From: Fidelibacterota bacterium
GTDB taxonomy: Bacteria; Fidelibacterota; Fidelibacteria; Fidelibacterales; DSDE01
DNA length: 15,561 bases
NCBI GenBank assembly: GCA_046735395.1
Contig: JBJKQR010000082.1
Coordinates: 1 to 15,561 of the forward strand
Direction of reading: 5' to 3'
The stretch's first letter is position 1; every line of letters begins with the position of its first letter. The notes below the pieces were generated by a model. It searched no databases, had not been told where the DNA came from, and saw only the letters and a program-made list of their open reading frames with translations. Shown in pieces: positions 7,407 through 15,238 of the stretch. The position numbers and the translations under genes are program-made.

Positions 7407-8165
7407 TTAAAAACTGTCAATAAATACGAGTTTCAGTTCACGGTTGAAGGATTCAACCCGGTCACTCCACATAAGGTTATTGAAATCAACTTCGACAAAG
7501 ACTTTATCGGTGACGCCGACGCGAAAGCCGGCATTGAGAAAACCATAGCCATTGGTAATGCGGAAATCGAGGGAATCCGCGGCATTTTCATAATTGAGGG
7601 CCGCATCATATTCGACCATCATGGAAAACTGGGGATTGAGCTCGAGCGCCATTCCCATGAAAAAGGAAGGAAGTTTGTCAGCGCTCGGCTGATCCAGGCT
7701 GTAATTGATGCCGGCGTGCAGGCTGGTGTTGCCGATGAACATCCAGTTCTTGGATCCGACGAGGTAAAATCCGGTGGGAGAAATTTCGTAGTGATCATCC
7801 CGGAATTCTCCATATCCCTGCGTGGAAAAACCCAGAGCCATGCCGGGAATCATCCGTGTCTCATCAATAAGATGGTACTTCAGATTGACGCCGGGATCGG
7901 GATTCCACAGAACAGTCTGGTTTCCGATGATCTGCGAGCCGCCGTAGGACAGGCCCAGCAGGATGCGGTCCGTGAATCCGACCTGAAAGCCGGTGAGCAC
8001 ACCGCCGTTTGTGGTGAAACGGACATCCGTGATATAGGTGCCCCGATTCAGGGTCCCGACTGTCGGTGTGTTGATGAGGCTGGTGGGGGCGGCAACATAC
8101 TGCGCCTGAAGGATTCCTGACAGGATAAGAAACACGGTGAGCAGTCTGGAAACGATTTTTAACAT
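7407..8165 (-). CDS. Putative outer-membrane beta-barrel protein (YjbH-domain-like)
   Basis: Likely start is ATG at 8165 (GGGAG RBS). Signal peptide, LINTPT-type N-terminal motif, alternating amphipathic strands and a C-terminal Phe (LVFIDSF). Confidence 0.65.
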   Translation of the reverse strand: MLKIVSRLLTVFLILSGILQAQYVAAPTSLINTPTVGTLNRGTYITDVRFTTNGGVLTGFQVGFTDRILLGLSYGGSQIIGNQTVLWNPDPGVNLKYHLIDETRMIPGMALGFSTQGYGEFRDDHYEISPTGFYLVGSKNWMFIGNTSLHAGINYSLDQPSADKLPSFFMGMALELNPQFSMMVEYDAALNYENAADSLDFRITNGYGFLNAGFRVGVTDKVFVEVDFNNLMWSDRVESFNRELKLVFIDSF

Positions 8166-8197
8166 GCAATGACTCCCTATATTCAACTCATTGCAGA

Positions 8198-8226
8198 AAT
8201 TTAGGCTGGACTTAGATCGAAATCAA
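8198..8226 (-). promoter_or_regulatory. Putative sigma70-type promoter for the beta-barrel / YtfJ / HD-GYP operon
   Basis: Minus strand reads TTGATT (8226-8221), 17 nt, TAAATT (8203-8198). Confidence 0.55.
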
Positions 8227-8369
8227 CTTAAAAGTCTGTTCGCCGCCCGAACCGACCTGCCTGATTTCTGTTTCAGATATTTCTGTAACCGATGAAAATT
8301 TGCTGCATCTGAAGGGGTGATGGAAGAAAAAATGAAGAATATGAAAACATACACCCGATTGGAGGAGTT

Positions 8370-8735
8370 GTGACTGAACATTTAACGAAAGCGACATTTC
8401 TGGAAAAAGTTTTTGATTATGAGAACAAGAAGGACTGGGAGTACCAGGGGACTGTTCCGGCTATCATCGATTTTTATGCTGACTGGTGCCAGCCCTGCAA
8501 GATGGTTGCACCGATTCTGGAAGAAATCGCCGGCGAGTACGAAGGCAAGGTGAACATCTACAAGATCAATACGGAGCAGGAACAGGAACTGGCCGGTGTA
8601 TTCGGTATCCGTTCCATCCCGTCCATCCTTTTCATCCCGCAGAATGACAAGCCTCAGATGGCCGTGGGCGCCCTGCCCAAGGATGCCATCCTGAATGCGA
8701 TGAAAGATGTGCTGAACGTCGAGCTGAACGCTTAG
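8370..8735 (+). CDS. trxA: Thioredoxin
   Basis: IIDFYADWCQPCKMVAP and FGIRSIP motifs. GTG start preceded by GGAGG (8361-8365). Confidence 0.95.
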   Translation: MTEHLTKATFLEKVFDYENKKDWEYQGTVPAIIDFYADWCQPCKMVAPILEEIAGEYEGKVNIYKINTEQEQELAGVFGIRSIPSILFIPQNDKPQMAVGALPKDAILNAMKDVLNVELNA

Positions 8736-8759
8736 AACAGGCTGCTCAGAAAATCTTCA

Positions 8760-8788
8760 GGGACTCTGCGCTGCAGGGTCCTTTTTTT
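8760..8788 (+). terminator. Rho-independent terminator of trxA
   Basis: Stem ggactctgc (8761-8769) / gcagggtcc (8773-8781) with one G-U pair, followed by T7. Confidence 0.85.
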
Positions 8789-8802
8789 ATTGTATGAATA
8801 AA

Positions 8803-10098
8803 TTATTTGATAGCGTCGGCCATCAGATCGTATTCCATGGCATCCGTGATGCGGACGCTCAGAATGGATCCGGGCTTCTGTCTGCCCCGGACCAGAACCT
8901 GGTTGTCGATTTCCGGGCTGTCGCCCTTTCCGCGGGCATAGCTGATATTTTCGAGTTCATTATAACTGTCGATGATGACGTCCTGAGCTGACCCGATGAG
9001 AGCTTCGTTATTTTCCAGGCTGATCTGCTGCTGGGTGGCCATGATGAGATTCTGACGGCGTTCCTTTTCTTCGGCGGGAACATCGTCCTTCATGGCGGCG
9101 GCAGTGGTTCCGTCTTCCTCGCTGTAAGTGAATACGCCGAGCCGCTCGAAGCGCGTTTCGCGGATAAAGTCATGCAGTGTGCGGAAGGCGTCTTCCGTCT
9201 CGCCCGGGTATCCGGTGATGACGGCCGTGCGGAGCGTGAGTCCGGGAATGGATTCACGGAGGCTGCGGATGACGCGGCTGATGCCCTTGCCGTCCAGGCC
9301 CCGTTTCATGGACTGAAGAATCGTATCGTCAATATGCTGAATGGGCATGTCGATATAGGGAAGGATGCGTTCAGCTTTGGCGAGAAAGGGAATGAGCTCC
9401 GGGCCTGTATGGGCCGGATGGAGGTAATGCAGGCGTATCCAGTCCAGGCTCTGAATCTTGTCCAGTTCCCGGAGAAGCTCCGTCAGGGAGCTGCGCGGGC
9501 TGAGGTCCCAGCCATAGCTGGTGAGATCCTGGGCAATGACGATCAGTTCACGAACACCCTTCTCCGCGAGGGCTTCAGCTTCGCGGACCAGATCAGAAAT
9601 GCTCTTGCTCTGCTGTTTGCCCCGCATCATGGGAATAGCGCAGAAGGAGCAGACATTGTCACAGCCTTCGGCGATCTTGAAATAGGCATAATGGGGCGGC
9701 GTCATGAGGGTGCGCCACAGCGTGGGATCATAGGCCAGAAAATGTTTCCCGGTCAGGTATTCCACAATGCCCTTCATGTTGTTGGCGCCGAAGAACCGGT
9801 CCACCTCGGGCAGTTCCGCCCGCAGTTCGTCCGGAAAACGTTCGCTCAGGCAGCCGGCCACCACCAGATTCTTCAGATTGCCCGATTTCTTCCATTCGGC
9901 CACCTCCAGAATAGTGTCGATGCTTTCCTCGCGGCTTTTATCGAGAAATCCGCAGGTATTGATGATGACGGTGCCCGCATCCTCCAGGTCATCCGTAAAG
10001 CGGAAACGATGCCGTTCCAGGTTTCCCTTGATGATTTCACTGTCCACGGTGTTTTTGGGACAGCCCAGATTTACAATGCTGAAGGATTTGGATTTCAT
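8803..10098 (-). CDS. rimO: Ribosomal protein S12 methylthiotransferase RimO
   Basis: UPF0004 motifs LGCPKNTVDSE, INTCGF and AGCLSER. Radical SAM motif EGCDNVCSFC. C-terminal TRAM domain with DSPEID. Confidence 0.93.
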   Translation of the reverse strand: MKSKSFSIVNLGCPKNTVDSEIIKGNLERHRFRFTDDLEDAGTVIINTCGFLDKSREESIDTILEVAEWKKSGNLKNLVVAGCLSERFPDELRAELPEVDRFFGANNMKGIVEYLTGKHFLAYDPTLWRTLMTPPHYAYFKIAEGCDNVCSFCAIPMMRGKQQSKSISDLVREAEALAEKGVRELIVIAQDLTSYGWDLSPRSSLTELLRELDKIQSLDWIRLHYLHPAHTGPELIPFLAKAERILPYIDMPIQHIDDTILQSMKRGLDGKGISRVIRSLRESIPGLTLRTAVITGYPGETEDAFRTLHDFIRETRFERLGVFTYSEEDGTTAAAMKDDVPAEEKERRQNLIMATQQQISLENNEALIGSAQDVIIDSYNELENISYARGKGDSPEIDNQVLVRGRQKPGSILSVRITDAMEYDLMADAIK

Positions 10099-10107
10099 GA
10101 ATTTCGT

Positions 10108-11058
10108 TTATGATTCGAGATCGCTGAAGAGCGCGTTCACGTAATATTCCGGATCGAAGGGAAGCAGATCATCAATCTGTTCACCCAGTCCGACAAATTT
10201 GACAGGAATGTTCAGTTTCTGTTTCACGGCCACGATGATGCCGCCCTTTGCGGTGCCGTCCAGCTTGGTGATGACCAGTCCGGTGACGGGTACGGCCTGC
10301 CGGAACTGTTCAGCCTGAATCAGGCCGTTCTGGCCCACGGTGCCGTCCAGAACCAGCAGATTCTCGTGGGGCGCGTCGGGAATGAGTTTGCGGATAACCT
10401 TGACGATCTTGGATAATTCTTCCATGAGATTGGTCTTGGTGTGCAGTCGTCCGGCCGTATCAATGATGATGATATCGTATTTTCTGGCAATTCCTTTCTG
10501 AATCCCGTCAAAGATGAGGCCGGAAGGATTTTTTGCCTCGGCATCCATGACGATATCGGTTCCGCTGCGTTCAGCCCAGCGGGCCAGCTGGTCCACGGCC
10601 GCAGCGCGATAGGTATCCCCGGCGATGATCAGAACCTTTTTACCCAGAGTCTGATAATAGTGTGCCAGTTTGCCGATGGTGGTCGTTTTTCCGGCTCCGT
10701 TTACGCCGATGACCATAATGACGGCAGGATGATGATCCTCCGTGTCCATGGCCAGGCTGTCCTGCGAAAAGATGAGCTTGAATTCATTCAGAATGATGTC
10801 CCGAATGTCCTCGTAGCTGTCTATCTGCCGTTTTCGGGACTGCTGTTCTATGCTGCTGACGAGTTTTTCCGTGACTGCCGGGCCCAGATCGCTCTGATAG
10901 AGAAAGGCCTCAATGTCATCCAGAAACTGATCATCAATCTTTATACTTTTTCCCACAAGACCCAGCAAGCCTTCCCGGAATACGCTGCGGGAACGTCCGA
11001 AGGCCGATCTGAACTTGGATTTATTCTGCTTTTTGGATGACGAAAAGAGGGGGCTCAT
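10108..11058 (-). CDS. ftsY: Signal recognition particle receptor FtsY
   Basis: GVNGAGKTTTIGKLA, DTYRAAA, DTAGRLHTK, TKLDGTAKGG. The real start is most likely ATG at 11058 (MSPLFSS...), which overlaps the upstream stop (ATGA). Confidence 0.95.
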   Translation of the reverse strand: MSPLFSSSKKQNKSKFRSAFGRSRSVFREGLLGLVGKSIKIDDQFLDDIEAFLYQSDLGPAVTEKLVSSIEQQSRKRQIDSYEDIRDIILNEFKLIFSQDSLAMDTEDHHPAVIMVIGVNGAGKTTTIGKLAHYYQTLGKKVLIIAGDTYRAAAVDQLARWAERSGTDIVMDAEAKNPSGLIFDGIQKGIARKYDIIIIDTAGRLHTKTNLMEELSKIVKVIRKLIPDAPHENLLVLDGTVGQNGLIQAEQFRQAVPVTGLVITKLDGTAKGGIIVAVKQKLNIPVKFVGLGEQIDDLLPFDPEYYVNALFSDLES

Positions 11059-11675
11059 TCCGCTTTTTTTCCTCCAGACACGACCGGAGCGATGGGGCTG
11101 GAACGGATGGTCCGAATCAGATCCCGCATGTAGAAATACCAGGAGACGAACATGATGACAGTGGCAAGATACAGAACCTTCAGCGCCAGAGCGCGGGTAT
11201 CGGGGTAGATCCAGAGAAAACCGGACACGGCAGCAAAGAAAATAAAAATTTTGCCCATAATATTTGCGCCGATGATCATACCCCGTGAGTTGTGAAGATG
11301 GGTGGTGAGAATGGTGATGCTGAAATCCCGGAGCCCCAGGACCATTATGAACCACATGGGGAAGTCCATCTTGAAGACAAGCATGAAGAGTACGGCAAAG
11401 GCGACGATTTTATCGGCAATGGGATCCAGCGCTTTCCCGTAGGTACTCACTTCGTTGGTTTTCCTGGCTGCGTAGCCGTCAATCCAGTCGGTGACAACGG
11501 CAATAGCCATCAGTATAATGGCGGTGTTGTATTTTCCCTTGCCGAGGACCAGAACAATGGGAATCGCCAGAAAGGCCCGTGACAGGGAAATAATGTTGGC
11601 AATGGTGAAAAAAGTGTGAGGTTTGACGTTTTTCGGATTCAATTTTTCCTTTATCTGTGGAATTTTTTCTTTCAT
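11055..11675 (-). CDS. CDP-alcohol phosphatidyltransferase (PgsA-like)
   Basis: Signature DWIDGYAARK...YGKALDPIADK, plus ANIISLSR and multiple TM helices. Confidence 0.9.
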   Translation of the reverse strand: MKEKIPQIKEKLNPKNVKPHTFFTIANIISLSRAFLAIPIVLVLGKGKYNTAIILMAIAVVTDWIDGYAARKTNEVSTYGKALDPIADKIVAFAVLFMLVFKMDFPMWFIMVLGLRDFSITILTTHLHNSRGMIIGANIMGKIFIFFAAVSGFLWIYPDTRALALKVLYLATVIMFVSWYFYMRDLIRTIRSSPIAPVVSGGKKAE

Positions 11676-11696
11676 TGTCCTTTTTTGTCCTCCGAT

Positions 11697-12359
11697 TCAG
11701 GGGCGAAGATATTGTAAATATTCCTTTTTTTCAAGCAATAGTTTGACGTCTCCGCCCTGAGTAATCCTGCCTTCGTGCACCCAGATGAACTGATCGGACG
11801 TACGGCTGATATCCCGGGCAGAGTGGGAAATGAGCAGAAATTGCCGTCGCGTCTTTTCCTTCGCGATCAGCGTGTAAAACACGTCACGAAAGCGGGCATT
11901 GAGGGCCGTGAGGGGTTCGTCGAGGAGCAGCAGCTCCGAATCGACAGCGAGGGCCAGGCTCAGGGCCAGCCTCTGAAGCTCCCCTTCCGAGAAACTGTGG
12001 AGGCGGCGCGTACGTTCTGTCGCAAGGGGAAATTCAAAGATATTGCAGAGCTCCCGGAAACGGGAAATCTGGAAATGGCGGCCGATCTGAGTGCCCGGCG
12101 CCGAGTAGAGCCGGATCAGGGATTCGGGTGTATTTCCGCTGAAGAGCCGGGTCAGATCCTGGGAAAGATAGGAGAGAAAGGGTGTGCCGGAAAATGCGCC
12201 GACCGGCCGTAACTCCGGATCGGCCAGCAGTTTGAACAGGGTGCTTTTGCCGCTTCCCACCGGCCCGCATACCGCCGTGCAGCGGGCGTCAAGCTGAAGG
12301 GGGCCCGGGTTCTCCAGAACGAACTCTCCGTTCCGGTAGGTGAAGGAATTCATCAGCAT
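11697..12359 (-). CDS. ABC ATPase, ECF/CbiO-like (A' component)
   Basis: Walker A GPVGSGKS, signature FSEGE, Walker B LLLLDEP, switch ISH. Overlaps the upstream ATPase gene. Confidence 0.8.
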   Translation of the reverse strand: MLMNSFTYRNGEFVLENPGPLQLDARCTAVCGPVGSGKSTLFKLLADPELRPVGAFSGTPFLSYLSQDLTRLFSGNTPESLIRLYSAPGTQIGRHFQISRFRELCNIFEFPLATERTRRLHSFSEGELQRLALSLALAVDSELLLLDEPLTALNARFRDVFYTLIAKEKTRRQFLLISHSARDISRTSDQFIWVHEGRITQGGDVKLLLEKKEYLQYLRP

Positions 12360-13033
12360 GGCTGGTCACCCTCCAGAAGGCCGCAGCTTACGAGCCGGTC
12401 ACGGTAGGCATCCTGAGGACTGACGGGATATTCATAAATGCCGCCTTTGTCCATAATCCACAGTGTATCACAGAGACGCAGGTCATCGCTGTACTGGGAG
12501 CTGATGAGCAGATGCCGGCCCTTGTCGGCCTCACGGCGCAGAACCGATTCAAGCCGGTCAATGTCCCGCATGCCGAGGTGGGACGTGGGCTCGTCCAGAA
12601 TGATGAGGTCGCGGTTTGCGATGAAGGTGGCCGCCAGCATGAGCATCTGCAGCTCGCCCAGGCTCAGGATTCTCGGATCCCGCGACAGGAGGCCCTGAAG
12701 CCCGAACTGCTGTGGAATAGTTTGCAGCAGCTGCTCGCGGAGAAGTCCGGTTATGCCGTAATTGTCCAGTGGAAAAGCCAGTTCGTCCGCGACGCGGGTT
12801 TTCAGGATCTGGTAGCGGGGATTCTGCATGAGAAAGGCAACGCCGTTCATATCCTGTCTCTGTATCCGGCCACGCTGCGGATCCATATATCCGGCCAGAA
12901 TTTTCAGGAGGGAGGTTTTGCCGCAGCCGGATTCGCCGAGAAGCAGCACAATTTTTCCCGGATTCAGGGTCAGCCGGGGAAGGCGTAATTCAATCGTCCC
13001 GATTTGCTGCCGGAGATCTTTCACGCTTAACAT
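12353..13033 (-). CDS. ABC ATPase, ECF/CbiO-like (A component)
   Basis: Walker A GESGCGKT; ECF-like FLMQNP...VADELAFPLDNYG; signature LSLGE; Walker B IILDEPTSHL. Confidence 0.82.
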   Translation of the reverse strand: MLSVKDLRQQIGTIELRLPRLTLNPGKIVLLLGESGCGKTSLLKILAGYMDPQRGRIQRQDMNGVAFLMQNPRYQILKTRVADELAFPLDNYGITGLLREQLLQTIPQQFGLQGLLSRDPRILSLGELQMLMLAATFIANRDLIILDEPTSHLGMRDIDRLESVLRREADKGRHLLISSQYSDDLRLCDTLWIMDKGGIYEYPVSPQDAYRDRLVSCGLLEGDQPC

Positions 13034-13058
13034 TTGACAATTCCTGAGACCATGTCGG

Positions 13059-13067
13059 AATTTAGCA
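13059..13067 (-). promoter_or_regulatory. Putative extended -10 promoter for the ECF-ATPase / pgsA / ftsY / rimO run
   Basis: Minus strand TGcTAAATT, 25 nt upstream of the ATG at 13033, with an AGGA RBS in between. Confidence 0.45.
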
Positions 13068-13180
13068 TAATAGGCCGCGGGGCACTAAGGGAAATTGTGA
13101 CGGGATGATTAAGGCAGGAGCAAGGACCCAGGAGGCAGGAGGCAGTCAGCAGGCCCGTCGGCAAGTGAGATGAGGGGTCC

Positions 13181-13287
13181 TCGGGGTGAAAAATGAAACT
13201 TTGACTGGAACGAGACCGATGATGGCTGAGTGTTATCATTCGGTGGCTGAGTGGTATCATTCGGTGGCTGAGCGGAGCCGAAGCCTA
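13181..13287. repeat. 107-bp direct repeat, copy 1 (internal 21-bp tandem units, REP-like end)
   Basis: Aligns without gaps to 13489-13595 with 11 mismatches by manual count. Internal units of GGTGGCTGAGTGGTATCATTC type at 13221-13241 and 13242-13262, then GGTGGCTGAGCGGAGCCGAAGCC. Confidence 0.95.
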
Positions 13288-13288
13288 T

Positions 13289-13313
13289 GTCATTGCGGAC
13301 CTGATCCGCAATC
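13289..13313. repeat. REP-like palindrome GTCATTGCGGACCTGATCCGCAATC
   Basis: 8-bp stem attgcgga/tccgcaat with a 5-nt loop and a GTC head, as in GTCAT...-type REP elements. Confidence 0.7.
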
Positions 13314-13360
13314 TGGTTTACGAGTTGACAGGTTGATAAGTTTACCGCCCTATAAAACGG

Positions 13361-13388
13361 GTACAGACGTTGCATGCGACGTTTCTAC
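13361..13388. repeat. GTAG-family REP-like palindrome
   Basis: gtacagacgttgcatgcgacgtttctac is a near match to the palindrome GTAGAGACGTTGCATGCAACGTCTCTAC. Confidence 0.7.
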
Positions 13389-13488
13389 CGAAATACTATA
13401 GACGCGGTGAATTCTGTTTCTTCCCCGTCTACCCGTCTACGCTGAAGCTGCGCCAGTAGCGAGTAACGAGTAGCGAGACAAGAGGGCA

Positions 13489-13595
13489 TCGAGGTGAAAA
13501 GTGAAACTTTGACTGGAACGAAACCGACAGTGGCTGAGTGGTATCATTCGGGGACTGAGTGGTATCACCCGGTGGCTGAGCGGAGCCGAAGCCTA
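13489..13595. repeat. 107-bp direct repeat, copy 2
   Basis: About 90% identical to 13181-13287; the start-to-start offset is 308 bp. Confidence 0.95.
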
Positions 13596-13706
13596 CTCAT
13601 CCACGCATTAACGCATCGACTCGCCAACCCGCGAACAATCCAACCCGCCAACCCACTCAATCTCATTATATGCTGGGCTTTGGGACAAAATTCGCTAAAT
13701 TTTGTC

Positions 13707-14159
13707 ATGGAAAAACGCGGAGTCCGGCTTCGGGCCTATCAGGACGAGGATTACGAGCAGGTTTTCCGGATCTGGAAAGACCGGGGGCTGACGCTTGGTG
13801 TATCGGATACGAGGGAGGAGATCGGGAAGCTCCGGGAACGGAACCGGGACCTCTGTCTGGTGGCTGTTGAGGCGGAGCAGATCTGCGGCGTGGTGCTGGG
13901 TGCCTGGGACGGCCGGCGTGGCTATGTGCACCATCTGGCGGTACGGCAGGAATGCGAAGGATCCGGGATCGGCCGACTGCTCATGTCCGAAGTGGAGCGG
14001 CGTTTTTCCGAAATGGGCATTCCCAAGGCCCATCTGTTCATTGAAACACGAAACCGGCCTGTGCAGGACTTTTATGAAAAATCGGGCTGGCACGACAGGC
14101 CGGATCTGATCATGATGAGTAAAAATTTTAATACGGAGATAAAACATGCCCAAAGCTGA
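13707..14159 (+). CDS. GNAT-family N-acetyltransferase (YpeA-like)
   Basis: [15 protein letters not shown], acetyl-CoA-binding [10 protein letters not shown], and [11 protein letters not shown]. Start set at ATG 13707, because the ORF-track extension from 13494 only translates the repeat. Confidence 0.88.
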   Translation: MEKRGVRLRAYQDEDYEQVFRIWKDRGLTLGVSDTREEIGKLRERNRDLCLVAVEAEQICGVVLGAWDGRRGYVHHLAVRQECEGSGIGRLLMSEVERRFSEMGIPKAHLFIETRNRPVQDFYEKSGWHDRPDLIMMSKNFNTEIKHAQS

Positions 14160-14538
14160 AGGAATGACCCTGTCATTTGAAGGGACGGACGCGATCCGGC
14201 AGGATCTGCTGGAAATTATTGATTACGACGGAGAACGGCAGGTCATTGAGATGGTGTATCCGGAATTTTCGGCCGTGTGTCCCTTCAGCGGACTGCCGGA
14301 TATCGCCGAGGTGACGGTTCGCTATATTCCAGGAAGAAAGATCGTTGAGCTGAAGTCTCTGAAATATTATTTCGTAAGCTACCGGAATGTGGGAATTTAT
14401 CAGGAGGATATGACCAGCCGGGTTTACCGGGATCTGAAGGCGGTGCTCGAACCCGAGGAGCTGGAAGTGAAGACCGTGTATAATATTCGCGGAGGTATTC
14501 TCACCACCTGTGTGGCCGGAGGAGTTCATGGAGGATAA
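14146..14538 (+). CDS. queF: NADPH-dependent 7-cyano-7-deazaguanine reductase (preQ1 synthase), unimodular type
   Basis: [14 protein letters not shown] (catalytic Cys and Asp), QueF motif ELKSLKYY, and IRGGI. GGAG RBS. Confidence 0.92.
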   Translation: MPKAEGMTLSFEGTDAIRQDLLEIIDYDGERQVIEMVYPEFSAVCPFSGLPDIAEVTVRYIPGRKIVELKSLKYYFVSYRNVGIYQEDMTSRVYRDLKAVLEPEELEVKTVYNIRGGILTTCVAGGVHGG

Positions 14539-15226
14539 ACGCTATCCTTCCGAAGTTGAAGAGCTGATTTGCGGCCGGAATACGGGCCATATTCAGTACC
14601 GGATAACGGGACGCACGCCATCCGTCCGGATTCTGCTGGGCCCGGGCATGTTCGGGAATATCAGTGATGACGACCTGTTCGGTTATCTCAGTCAGTCCGC
14701 GGCCGATGAATCCATCGACATCGTCCGTTTCAGTTATCCGGCGAACCTGAGCCGCCGCTGGTGGCATCCCGATATAGGGGCACGCCGCCGCATCATGCGT
14801 TGCGCGCTGGCGCGGGTCCTGGCTCAGACAGACGAAAATGTCCCGATCTTCATCGGCGGCAAATCTCTGTCCGCGTTACTGGCTTCGGAAATTCGTGATC
14901 CACGGATTGGGGGATATATTTTTTTCAGCTTTCCGCTGCGTCTGCCCGGCATGCCCTTTCCCCTCCCGGCGAAACGGCAGAAAAAGCTTCACAAGCCCAT
15001 GCTGTTCATCCAGGGTGCGCAGGATCCGCTGTCACCGAAAAAAGCATTGGAAACTCGGATCCGGCGGCTGAATCCTCACGCCTATCTCATGCTGCTGCCG
15101 GATGCCGGCCATGCTCTGGATCCGGTGGAGGGCGCCCAGAGGAGCCGCGATGAGATCCACAGCGAAATCAGCAATGTCATTTTCTGGTTCATATCAGATG
15201 TACTGCACAAACAAAAACTGAATTAG
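14528..15226 (+). CDS. Alpha/beta-fold hydrolase (KANL3/Tex30-like)
   Basis: IFIGGKSLS nucleophile elbow, [16 protein letters not shown] and DAGHAL. ATG at 14528 with a GGAGG RBS. Confidence 0.75.
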   Translation: MEDKRYPSEVEELICGRNTGHIQYRITGRTPSVRILLGPGMFGNISDDDLFGYLSQSAADESIDIVRFSYPANLSRRWWHPDIGARRRIMRCALARVLAQTDENVPIFIGGKSLSALLASEIRDPRIGGYIFFSFPLRLPGMPFPLPAKRQKKLHKPMLFIQGAQDPLSPKKALETRIRRLNPHAYLMLLPDAGHALDPVEGAQRSRDEIHSEISNVIFWFISDVLHKQKLN

Positions 15227-15238
15227 GAGGATGAACCG

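Noticed and set aside
11059..11355. 99-aa N-terminal extension of FtsY in the ORF track
   Set aside because: It overlaps the pgsA-like gene in another frame and does not look like protein. ATG 11058 gives a normal ATGA coupling.
13181..13595. CRISPR array
   Set aside because: The 21-bp units are directly tandem with no unique spacers, there are only two long copies 308 bp apart, and there are no cas genes.
13186..13706. ORFs 13186-13401, 13109-13375 and 13027-13260, and the N-terminal extension of the GNAT ORF from 13494
   Set aside because: They only translate the repeats (AEWYHSV units), and the GNAT domain begins at ATG 13707.
14100..14146. preQ1 riboswitch upstream of queF
   Set aside because: The region is GNAT coding sequence, and I see no preQ1 aptamer stem or consensus.
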